Source of the DNA: Bacteroidia bacterium
GTDB taxonomy: Bacteria > Bacteroidota > Bacteroidia > Palsa-965
DNA: 64,000 nucleotides
Assembly: GCA_025454955.1 (NCBI GenBank)
Contig: JALONL010000019.1
Location: 46,570-110,569 of the forward strand
Direction of reading: 5' to 3'
Shown here piece after piece: positions 40,563 through 48,953 of the stretch. Position 1 is the first letter of the stretch, and each line of letters starts with the position of its first letter. The notes below the pieces were generated by a model, which worked only from the letters and a program-made list of their open reading frames with translations, was not told where the DNA came from and ran no database searches. The translations under genes and the position numbers were made by a program.

Positions 40563-43235
40563 TTAAAACGGATCGCCGCCGCCGCCTTTGTTTCCGCCCA
40601 GCATTTGTTCGAGCGAGAGTGCGTCTTTAATAAGTACTTCGCGGGCCTTGCTGCCTTCAAACGGGCCAATAATTCCGGCGGCTTCCAGTTGATCTACAAT
40701 ACGACCCGCGCGGTTGTAGCCGAGTTTGAGTTTGCGCTGTAGCAGCGAAGCCGAGCCCTGCTGGTGCTGCACCACAATGCGGGCGGCTTCTTCAAACAGC
40801 GCATCGCGGTCGCCCTCGTCAATTTCCAGTCGGGCCTCGCTGTTTTCGTCCACATACTCGGGCAGCAGAAATGCGCTCGGGTATCCGCGCTGGTCGCCAA
40901 TAAACTGGCAGATGCGCTCCACCTCGGGCGTATCCACAAACGCGCATTGCAAACGCGTAAGGTCGTTGCCGGTAGAAAAAAGCATATCGCCCCGGCCTAT
41001 CAACTGCTCGGCACCGCCCGAATCGAGAATCGTGCGCGAGTCGATTTTAGAGGTTACCCGAAACGCAATTCGCGCCGGGAAATTGGCCTTGATGGTGCCG
41101 GTAATAATGTTTACCGACGGACGCTGCGTGGCAATAATAAGGTGTATACCCACCGCGCGGGCAAGCTGGGCAAGGCGGGCAATGGGTGTTTCCACTTCTT
41201 TGCCGGCGGTCATAATAAGGTCGGCAAACTCATCCACCACCAGCACAATGTAGGGCAGGAATTTATGTTCGCCGGTGGGTGGCAGGCGGCGTTGCACAAT
41301 TTTGGCATTGTATTCCTTAATGTTGCGCACCTGTGCATCTTTCAGCAAATCATAGCGCGTATCCATTTCAATGCACAGCGAGTTGAGCGTGTGTACCACC
41401 TTCTTGGTGTCGGTAATAATGGCTTCGGCGCTGTCGGGCAGTTTGGCCAGGAAGTGGCGCTCTATTTTGTTAAACAGCGTAAGCTCCACTTTCTTGGGAT
41501 CCACCAGCACAAATTTTATCTGCGCCGGATGCTTCTTGTACAACAGCGACACCAGAATGGCGTTCAACCCCACCGATTTACCCTGACCCGTAGCGCCCGC
41601 CATAAGCAGGTGCGGCATTTTGGCCAGATCGGCAATGTAAATTTCGTTCGAAATGGTTTTGCCCAATGCCACCGGCAAATCCATGGTGCTGTGCTGGAAC
41701 CGTTCCGAAGCCAGCAACGCACGCATGGGCACCATTTCGGGATGCTGGTTGGGCACTTCAATACCAATGGTGCCCTTGCCCGGAATGGGCGCAATAATAC
41801 GTATGCCCAATGCCGAAAGGCTCAGCGCAATATCGTCTTCAAGGTTTTTGATTTTCGAAATGCGCACACCCGCCGCCGGGTTTATTTCATAAAGCGTAAC
41901 CGTGGGCCCAATGGTGGCTTTTATTTTTTCAATGGCAATGCCGTAGTTGCCCAGGGTTTCCACAATGCGGTTTTTATTGGCGTTCAGCTCTTCGGTGTTT
42001 ACGCCGCCGTCTTTGCCGGTGCTGTAATTTTCGAGCAGGTCGATGGTGGGAAACTGATAGCTTCCCAGTTCGAGCGTGGGATCAAACTCGCCAAACTCGC
42101 GCACCAGTTCATCGGCCTTGTTTACAATCTCGTCGGCACTGAGTTCGGCTTCTTCTTTTTTCTCTACGGTAAATTGTATGTTGTCGTCGGCCGTGAGGTC
42201 GGTGGTTACGGGCAGCACGGGCGGAATCTGAGCCACGGCCACCGGCTCGGGTTCTTCTTCGGGTTCGGGTTCCTCGTCGTAATCCTGCGCTGCAATTTCG
42301 GGTTCGGTTTCGGGCTGTGGTGTTTCCACGGTCAGGAGCACGGGCTCGGGAATTTCCTCCTCCTCAGGCTCTTCTTCTGTATCGTCTTCAATATCGTTTT
42401 CGGCCTTTTCTTCGGGCTGCCGGCGAATTTCGTTGCGGGCTGCCGCATTGGCCTTTTCTTCTTCGGTGTCGGTTTCTTCATTATCGGCATCGGCAGTTTG
42501 TGTGCGTTTAAACACAAACGAGAAGTTAAACACCACAATAAGGAAACAGGCCGCCACAAACACGAGGAAAAGTCCCGTACCAATTTTGCCAAACACCCCG
42601 TTAAGCCAGTTGCTCACTTCGTAGCCAAACACCCCGCCCGGATAAAACACCGCCGTGCTGAACACATAACCCAGCAGCACCGAGCCAAACAACAGCGAAA
42701 ACACCCCAAACCGAAACGTTTTGCCAAACGGCAGCACCTCGGCCCCGGTAAGCATACGTATGCCGCCAATAAACGTAAGCAGCGGCACCACAAACGACAT
42801 AATACCAAACCCGCCATGAATAAACAGGTGCGACACCAACGCCCCGAATTTGCCCAGCACATTGGTAATGCGCGCGCCCGGCGAAAAAAGCTCGCCCAGG
42901 GGGCCCATTACGAGGTTCTGGTCGGCTTTCCAGGTAAAGAAGTACGAGAGGAAAGCCACGGCCAGGTAAGGCGTAACAATGAAAAGCAGAAACGCCCCGA
43001 TGAGTTTGCGCAGGCGTTCGTCGCTGGCAAAGCGGTCCTGCACACTGCCAAACAGGCGAAAACGCGGCTTGCTGCCCTCGGGAGCCTCTTGCTGGGGCTC
43101 ATTTTCGGGGGCAGGTGCAGGGCGCTGGGGGCGCTTTTTGCGCTCGGGGGGCGGGGGCGGCGTTTCCTGCACCGGCTCCTGAGGCCGGAGCGTGTTGCGG
43201 GCGGTGTTTTTCTTTGGTTTTGGTTCTTCGGCCAT
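40563..43235 (-). CDS. ftsK: DNA translocase FtsK
   Basis: N-terminal 4-TM domain, acidic linker, Walker A GATGQGKS, VVDEFAD, ATQRPS, and gamma domain LQRKLKLGYNRAGR. Confidence 0.97.
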   Translation of the reverse strand: MAEEPKPKKNTARNTLRPQEPVQETPPPPPERKKRPQRPAPAPENEPQQEAPEGSKPRFRLFGSVQDRFASDERLRKLIGAFLLFIVTPYLAVAFLSYFFTWKADQNLVMGPLGELFSPGARITNVLGKFGALVSHLFIHGGFGIMSFVVPLLTFIGGIRMLTGAEVLPFGKTFRFGVFSLLFGSVLLGYVFSTAVFYPGGVFGYEVSNWLNGVFGKIGTGLFLVFVAACFLIVVFNFSFVFKRTQTADADNEETDTEEEKANAAARNEIRRQPEEKAENDIEDDTEEEPEEEEIPEPVLLTVETPQPETEPEIAAQDYDEEPEPEEEPEPVAVAQIPPVLPVTTDLTADDNIQFTVEKKEEAELSADEIVNKADELVREFGEFDPTLELGSYQFPTIDLLENYSTGKDGGVNTEELNANKNRIVETLGNYGIAIEKIKATIGPTVTLYEINPAAGVRISKIKNLEDDIALSLSALGIRIIAPIPGKGTIGIEVPNQHPEMVPMRALLASERFQHSTMDLPVALGKTISNEIYIADLAKMPHLLMAGATGQGKSVGLNAILVSLLYKKHPAQIKFVLVDPKKVELTLFNKIERHFLAKLPDSAEAIITDTKKVVHTLNSLCIEMDTRYDLLKDAQVRNIKEYNAKIVQRRLPPTGEHKFLPYIVLVVDEFADLIMTAGKEVETPIARLAQLARAVGIHLIIATQRPSVNIITGTIKANFPARIAFRVTSKIDSRTILDSGGAEQLIGRGDMLFSTGNDLTRLQCAFVDTPEVERICQFIGDQRGYPSAFLLPEYVDENSEARLEIDEGDRDALFEEAARIVVQHQQGSASLLQRKLKLGYNRAGRIVDQLEAAGIIGPFEGSKAREVLIKDALSLEQMLGGNKGGGGDPF

Positions 43236-43509
43236 TTGGGCAGTATTCGGGATGCAAACGATCAAAATTACGCGGGGCAAGGGTTGGGTGGGGGGAGCGG
43301 TGGGAATGTTTTGAACGGGGGGGTGTTCAGAATTGGGGGAGGTTTTAATTGTACCGAATTCGGGGGAATTAGAAGTAGTGAGGATAGGTTTTCAACAATA
43401 GTAATCTGTCACCGCAAATTAAGTAGGTGGATTTTTGGTTTATGATACTCAATCTCGGTAAATTAATTACTTTGATATTCAAGAAGGTATAAAAATAACG
43501 CAAAATAAA

Positions 43510-43540
43510 TTTGCTATTGATTTTTTTTTACCTATATTTG
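43510..43540 (+). promoter_or_regulatory. Bacteroidota housekeeping promoter
   Basis: TTTG (43510-43513), 19-nt spacer, TATATTTG (43533-43540): canonical -33/-7 geometry. Confidence 0.75.
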
Positions 43541-43546
43541 ATTTCC

Positions 43547-44058
43547 CTAAATTTATTGTTTATAATTTTTCTTCGGTTCGCTCCGATCTCTCCATTCTAC
43601 ATCGTAATTTTGATGTAGGGAGATTTTCATAACCCTTCTCCTCCGAATGTATAATTACATTTAATTCTTGCCAAGCTAAATGGCATGAATTGACTGGTCT
43701 TATTTAAAAGTTAAGTGTGAACCACCCGCCTGAAAGGTGGCCTAATAAGTCTAACCAAAAACTTTACGAAATGAGAGTTGTAAGAATTACAACAACAATT
43801 CGCGTAGTACGCATTAGAGTACGCAAAATTCGCTAAATGCGAGTAATGCACCAGTTAACTTCGGTTGACTTGGTTCAGTAATTAATGCTACAACATTAAT
43901 TACTGCAGGCCTCCTTTCTGGGGGATCAAATGAAACGGATTAAGGACACCAGCAAGAATATACTGCTGTTCTTTATAAATTGTCTCATTTGCAATAATGT
44001 AAAGAACTTACTTAATCCTATTCAATTGGGGGCGGCATCATTAGACCGCCCCCTTTCA
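43547..44058 (+). ncRNA. candidate large structured RNA containing a micro-ORF
   Basis: Canonical promoter upstream; at least 8 helices including a C(UUCG)G tetraloop; G-U pairs favour the + strand; ends in a GGGGGCGG/CCGCCCCC hairpin followed by TTT. Confidence 0.55.
43771..43836 (+). CDS. 21-aa cationic micropeptide MRVVRITTTIRVVRIRVRKIR
   Basis: ATG in an A-rich Bacteroidota start context (AAAAACTTTACGAAATG). After Met the peptide uses only R, K, V, I and T, with varied synonymous codons. Confidence 0.6.
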   Translation: MRVVRITTTIRVVRIRVRKIR

Positions 44059-44064
44059 ATGTGA

Positions 44065-44072
44065 CAAATATA
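44065..44072 (-). promoter_or_regulatory. candidate antisense promoter (-7 box)
   Basis: TATATTTG on the minus strand points into the 3' end of the structured region; the -33 box is not at ideal spacing. Confidence 0.45.
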
Positions 44073-44199
44073 CTATTTCTGTGCAATCATTTTTATAATT
44101 CAATCTGTGTCTGTCACACTGATAAATTATTTACATCGGTTCTGTCATTAAGTGTTTTATCGATATGAATAAATTAAATCCAATAAAGCTGCTCGTGCT

Positions 44200-44338
44200 T
44201 CGGACTAAAGGAGCAATTGCGGACGTTTTTTCTGGCTAAGTTGCCAAACTAATTAATGTTCGAGCAGCGACGAAAGATGCAGCGCAGAATGAGAAAAGTG
44301 TATCCCCAAAACGCCTAAGGATGATTTGTAAACAGAGT
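44200..44338. mobile_element. degenerate copy of the 40326 MITE
   Basis: GACGAAAGATGCAGCGCAGAATGAGAAAAG...GCCTAAGGATGATTTGTAAACAG aligns by eye with the MITE right arm GACAAAAAATGGAACGCGGGATGAGGAAAA...GCCAAAGGATGATTTTTAAACAG. The left boundary is uncertain. Confidence 0.6.
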
Positions 44339-44416
44339 TATTTGAATTAGTTTCGCAATTACCTTGCTATCATTAATAGATATTCATATATTTGAGAATA
44401 ACCAAATAAAAAAAAT

Positions 44417-44539
44417 ATGGGACTTAAGCCAGGACCAAAAAGAACTGCAAAATCAACAGGTAAGCCAGATCAACGTCAACGTGATAACAAAGGGACACCT
44501 GGTAATAACCCGTTGGTAAAGCCCGCGAAGAAGAAATAA
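44417..44539 (+). CDS. 40-aa basic, probably disordered microprotein MGLKPGPKRTAKSTGKPDQRQRDNKGTPGNNPLVKPAKKK
   Basis: Own TATATTTG box at 44387-44394 and a poly-A-rich start context; below the ORF-track length cutoff. Confidence 0.7.
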   Translation: MGLKPGPKRTAKSTGKPDQRQRDNKGTPGNNPLVKPAKKK

Positions 44540-44748
44540 TGAATAGACTAATGTGCTTTCATTTGGAAAAAAAATGATGTAAAATTCTTTCTCCACCTGC
44601 ACATTACTAAAAGGTGGATAAAGTAAAATTTTGCTCAATCATTAAAAACTTAAAACCACTTCCAACCGCAAGCAAAAGAAACTTCCCTAGAATCCCCACA
44701 TCCTCATCGCCGCATTAGCCCCCAATAAATTACTCCCAAGATCAGCCC

Positions 44749-44830
44749 ATGCAACGAATAACACATTATTCGTTGCATATTTTGCAACAAGTGTTGCATT
44801 TTGCAACGATTAACCCCTATATTTGTTGCA
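44749..44830 (+). promoter_or_regulatory. fic promoter with repeated GTTGCA/TGCAAC palindromic boxes
   Basis: Perfect 13-bp inverted repeat ATGCAACGAATAA/TTATTCGTTGCAT, two further GTTGCA-N-TGCAAC palindromes, and TATATTTG at 44818-44825. Confidence 0.6.
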
Positions 44831-44843
44831 TAAATTAAGGCGA

Positions 44844-45947
44844 ATGAGCATCTACATCCACCAAAAACAGCATTGGCCAAACTTTTACTGGAACAATGAT
44901 GAACTGCTCAATTTACTGAGTGAAGCCAGAAACCTGCAGGGCCGTTTGCTGGGAAAAATGCAAACACTGGGGTTTGAATTGCAGGATGAAGCATTGCTTG
45001 AAACGTTGGCACTCGACGTATTGAAATCATCGGAAATTGAGGGTGAAATTTATAATCCTGAGCAGGTGCGCTCTTCATTGGCTGAACGGTTAGGTCTCGA
45101 ATATGCAGGTACAGTAATGTCGGACAGAAATGTGGACGGTATGGTGGATATGATGATTGATGCCACCCGGAATTGTTTTGCCCCGTTAACCCAAGAGCGG
45201 CTTTTCGACTGGCACGCGGCATTGTTTCCGATGGGTAGAAGCGGAGTATTTAAAATAACGGTTGCCGGTTGGAGAAAAGATGAAAAAGGCAAAATGCAGG
45301 TTGTTTCGGGTGCTGCGGGAAGAGAAAAGGTTCATTTTCAGGCACCCGATGCGGAGTTGCTTGACGATGAAATGACTTATTTTCTCGATTGGTTTAACGG
45401 AAATGGTAATACCGATTTAGTGATAAAAGCGGCCGTGGCGCACCTTTGGTTTGTAACTATTCACCCTTTTCAGGATGGAAACGGACGTATTACAAGGGCA
45501 TTGACAGATATGTTGCTGGCCCGGTCGGATAAAAGTACCCGGCGATTTTACAGTATGTCGGCTCAAATAAGAATTGAAAGAAATACATACTATCAGATAC
45601 TTGAAAAAACGCAAAAAGGCGATTTAGACATTACTGAATGGATCAGCTGGTTTTTAAACTGCCTAATAAATGCACTGAATGCAAGCGAAAAGATACTTAA
45701 AGGTGTGTTGCAGAAATCGGATTTCTGGAACAAACATGCGGCAATTCCTTTTAATGAGAGGCAGAAAAAGGTATTAACTAAACTGCTGGATGATTTTGAA
45801 GGCAAACTCACCTCACAGAAATGGATGAAACTTACCAACTGCTCAAAAGATACCGCAGTAAGAGATATTAATGATTTAATAGAAAAACAGGTATTGCAGA
45901 AAGCGACAGCGGGAGGTAGAAGTACTTCCTATGAATTGGTGCGATGA
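44844..45947 (+). CDS. Fic family protein (N-terminal DUF4172-like domain, C-terminal HTH)
   Basis: Catalytic HPFQDGNGRITR; N-terminal inhibitory motif SSEIEG (class II); C-terminal CSKDTAVRDINDL..GGRSTSY. Confidence 0.92.
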   Translation: MSIYIHQKQHWPNFYWNNDELLNLLSEARNLQGRLLGKMQTLGFELQDEALLETLALDVLKSSEIEGEIYNPEQVRSSLAERLGLEYAGTVMSDRNVDGMVDMMIDATRNCFAPLTQERLFDWHAALFPMGRSGVFKITVAGWRKDEKGKMQVVSGAAGREKVHFQAPDAELLDDEMTYFLDWFNGNGNTDLVIKAAVAHLWFVTIHPFQDGNGRITRALTDMLLARSDKSTRRFYSMSAQIRIERNTYYQILEKTQKGDLDITEWISWFLNCLINALNASEKILKGVLQKSDFWNKHAAIPFNERQKKVLTKLLDDFEGKLTSQKWMKLTNCSKDTAVRDINDLIEKQVLQKATAGGRSTSYELVR

Positions 45948-46018
45948 GTAAAAAAACTGCCTTCCCCCGGCATTACACCGAAAGAAGGCAGAAAAAAATA
46001 CGTGTTAATTATAACGTA

Positions 46019-46438
46019 CTAGAACCGCTCGAGTTGCGAAAAGAAAAAATTCCCTTCAATCCCCGCATTCTCATCGCTATCCGACCCATGAATAGCATTG
46101 GCCGCAATAGACTTCGCAAAACGGGCGCGGATAGTACCGGGCTCGGCTTTGGCGGGGTCGGTGGCGCCGATGAGGGTGCGGAAATCAGCCACGGCGTTGT
46201 CTTTTTCGAGTATGGCAGCCACAATGGGGCCCGATGACATATAGCTTACAAGTTCGCCGTAGAAGGGGCGTTCCTTGTGGATTTCGTAGAATTTGCCGGC
46301 CGCTTCGGGTGTGAGGCGGGTGTATTTCATGGCCACAATGCGGAAACCGGCTTCGTTAATCTGAGCCAGGATAGGGCCAATGTGGTTGTTGCCCACTGCA
46401 TCGGGCTTAATCATGGTGAATGTTTTGTTGCCTGCCAT
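46019..46438 (-). CDS. ndk: nucleoside-diphosphate kinase
   Basis: [21 protein letters not shown] and NAIHGSDS. Confidence 0.97.
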   Translation of the reverse strand: MAGNKTFTMIKPDAVGNNHIGPILAQINEAGFRIVAMKYTRLTPEAAGKFYEIHKERPFYGELVSYMSSGPIVAAILEKDNAVADFRTLIGATDPAKAEPGTIRARFAKSIAANAIHGSDSDENAGIEGNFFFSQLERF

Positions 46439-46540
46439 AGTTGTTTTTGTTGATGCCTTTTTCAAAAAGGCGTGCAAAGATAGTGGTTTTTGCTCGTTTC
46501 TACTGCTTTATCTGTTATTTTTACAGCCTAATTCCACCTT

Positions 46541-47557
46541 GTGAAGCCAGCCGAAAAAACCGCGCTCAAACGCCTGCTTGCCCAGCCGCAGCAAATTGTC
46601 ATTGTTACTCATTGGTCGCCCGATGGCGATGCCATTGGCTCTTCGCTGGGGCTGTGGCATTACCTGCGCAAAAAAGGGCACAAGGTAAACGTGATTACGC
46701 CCAACGATTATCCTGAGTTTCTGCACTGGATGCCGGGCCACAAACAGGTAACCGATGCCCAGCGCGACCCCGGCCGGGCCGCCCGCCTCATTGCCAGGGC
46801 CACATTGGTGTTTTGCCTCGATTTTAACGACCTCAAACGTATAAATGTGCTGGGCAAACTGGTGGGCGAAAGTCCCGCCCCCAAAGTGCTCATCGACCAC
46901 CACCCGCAGCCCGATGCCTTTGCCCGCTTCAGTTTGCACGAAGTGAAAGCCAGCTCCACGGCCGAATTGGTGTATGAATTTATGTCGCTCATGGGCGACC
47001 AGAAGCTGCTCGACAAACACATTGCCAACTGCCTCTACGTGGGCATAATGACCGATACCGGCTCGTTCCGCTTCCCGGCCACCACTGCCCGCACACATGC
47101 CGTGGTGCAGCACCTCATGGAAGCGGGTGCCGAAAACTCACTCAACCACAACCGCATTTACGACGACAACAGCGAAAGCCGCATACGCCTGCTGGGCTTC
47201 GCACTGAGCGAAAAATTAGTGGTGCTGCCCGAATTCCGCACCGCATTTTTTGCACTCAGCCACGACGAGCACGAACGCTTCCATTTCCAGAAAGGCGATA
47301 CCGAAGGACTGGTAAACTACGGCCTTACCATGCGCGGCATTGTGTTTGCAGCCTTTTTTGCCGAACGCGACGGCATTATTAAATGCTCGTTCCGCTCGAA
47401 AGGCAAGTTCGACGTAAATGCCTTTGCCCGCGAAAATTTCAGCGGGGGCGGACACGTAAACGCGGCGGGCGGTGCGTCACAACTTTCGTTAAACGAAACC
47501 GTTTCCAAATTCAGAAAGCTGCTTCCTGATTATCTTGCAGCATTGAACAAAGCCTGA
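46541..47557 (+). CDS. nrnA: DHH/DHHA1 phosphoesterase (nanoRNase/pAp phosphatase)
   Basis: HWSPDGDA, IDHH, TDTGSF and GGGHVNAAG. Confidence 0.92.
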   Translation: MKPAEKTALKRLLAQPQQIVIVTHWSPDGDAIGSSLGLWHYLRKKGHKVNVITPNDYPEFLHWMPGHKQVTDAQRDPGRAARLIARATLVFCLDFNDLKRINVLGKLVGESPAPKVLIDHHPQPDAFARFSLHEVKASSTAELVYEFMSLMGDQKLLDKHIANCLYVGIMTDTGSFRFPATTARTHAVVQHLMEAGAENSLNHNRIYDDNSESRIRLLGFALSEKLVVLPEFRTAFFALSHDEHERFHFQKGDTEGLVNYGLTMRGIVFAAFFAERDGIIKCSFRSKGKFDVNAFARENFSGGGHVNAAGGASQLSLNETVSKFRKLLPDYLAALNKA

Positions 47558-47563
47558 GCCACC

Positions 47564-48103
47564 ATGCCGCGCATTTATGTGTTATTGTTTGCCGTTTCCG
47601 TGTTTGCCGCAGCCTGTGCCGACGACAAGCCCGCGCCGCGCAAACGTCCGCTTACCGAAAAGCAAATGCGCGACGGCTCGGTAAAAATGCACTCGTGGGA
47701 CCGGCAGCGCCAGGCCGACGAAATAGAACAATACATACGCCGTCAGGGCTGGCAAATGGAAACCACGGCCTCGGGCCTGCGCTGGATGCTGCTCAAAAAA
47801 GGCAGCGGCACACAACTGGCCAAACCCGGCGAAATTGCCAAAGTGTATTACACCATTAAACTCATGGACGGCACAGTGTGCTACACGTCGGACAAAGACG
47901 GCTCGCGCAGCTTTGTCATTGGCCGCGACGATGTGGAACCGGGCATACACGAAGGCGTACAACTCATGCACACCGGCGATAAAATGCGCTTTGTGCTGCC
48001 CTCGCACCTGGCCCACGGCCTCACCGGCGACAATGCCAAAATTCCGCCATTAGCCTCGCTCGTGTGCGAACTCGAACTGCTTAAAATCTCCCAGCCCGAA
48101 TAA
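47564..48103 (+). CDS. FKBP-type PPIase lipoprotein (GldI-like)
   Basis: Lipobox AAC; TASGL and LPSHLAHG..IPP; directly follows the DHH gene, as gldI does in Flavobacteria. Confidence 0.8.
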   Translation: MPRIYVLLFAVSVFAAACADDKPAPRKRPLTEKQMRDGSVKMHSWDRQRQADEIEQYIRRQGWQMETTASGLRWMLLKKGSGTQLAKPGEIAKVYYTIKLMDGTVCYTSDKDGSRSFVIGRDDVEPGIHEGVQLMHTGDKMRFVLPSHLAHGLTGDNAKIPPLASLVCELELLKISQPE

Positions 48104-48933
48104 TGCGCATTTACATTCTCCCGCTCCTTTGCCTGGCCACCGTGCTCTTTCACGCGTGCGGCAGCGAATCATCAAAATTCCCCGGCTACAGCGAGGCCGG
48201 CAACGAAGTGTATTGGAAACTCATAGAACCCGGCGAGGCCGACCGCAAGCCCGGCGAAAATGACTACATCGAAGTACGGATGCGCAACAGCCTCAACGGC
48301 ACGGTGTTTTTCGATTCGGAACTGCAAAGCGTGCGCGGTACGGTGCTTATGCCTTTTGCCGGAAACAAACACTTCGCCATGCTGCACGAGGGCGACAGCG
48401 CCAGCATTTTGCTCCCCGGCGGCGATTTGCGTCTGCCCGGAATGCCCGATACCGGCATGATGCAGATGAACATACGCCTGGTACGAATACTCAACGAAGA
48501 AGAGTACAACAAACGCATGGCCCAAACCGACACCGATGCCGATGAACAGATACTCATTGCCCGCTACCTGAACCGCGAGAAAATTACCGCCCGAACCGAC
48601 AGTCTGGGCATGGTTTTCGTGCCCGTAACCGAGGGCAGCGGACGCAGCGCCACGGGCGCAAAAACAGTAACGGTGCGCTATACAGGCAGTTTCCTCAACG
48701 GAAGGGTGTTCGACAATAATGCCTCCGGCGAACAGGGCGTGGCCTTTGCCTGGGGTAGCGAGGGGCAATTAATTCCCGGATTAACTCTTGCTTTACGCCG
48801 GATGAAAACGGGCGGAAAAGCAAAAATAGTCCTACCTTCGGCGCTGGCTTTTGGGAATGGTGGTTCAAGCACCGGACTCATTCCGCCACATACGCCGGTG
48901 GTGTATGAACTCGAATTTTTATCTGCAGAATAA
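48103..48933 (+). CDS. FKBP-type PPIase lipoprotein (two FKBP-like domains)
   Basis: Lipobox HAC; VRYTGSFLNGRVFD and IPPHTPVVYELE. Confidence 0.85.
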   Translation: MRIYILPLLCLATVLFHACGSESSKFPGYSEAGNEVYWKLIEPGEADRKPGENDYIEVRMRNSLNGTVFFDSELQSVRGTVLMPFAGNKHFAMLHEGDSASILLPGGDLRLPGMPDTGMMQMNIRLVRILNEEEYNKRMAQTDTDADEQILIARYLNREKITARTDSLGMVFVPVTEGSGRSATGAKTVTVRYTGSFLNGRVFDNNASGEQGVAFAWGSEGQLIPGLTLALRRMKTGGKAKIVLPSALAFGNGGSSTGLIPPHTPVVYELEFLSAE

Positions 48934-48953
48934 ATAATTTCCTAATTCAATCA

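Noticed and set aside
40764-43445. 893-aa + strand ORF
   Set aside because: Antisense shadow of ftsK explained by codon bias; no recognisable motifs.
43547-44058. tmRNA, RNase P, SRP or 6S identity for the structured region
   Set aside because: No tRNA-like ends with T-loop and CCA, no ...ALAA tag, no GAGGAAAGUCC, no SRP GGAA/AGCA loop, and not a single 6S-like rod.
43837-44064. Additional short ORFs MRVMHQLTSVDLVQ (43837) and a 44-aa ORF from 43930
   Set aside because: Both run through strong hairpins or the terminator, have weak start contexts and unremarkable composition; probably incidental.
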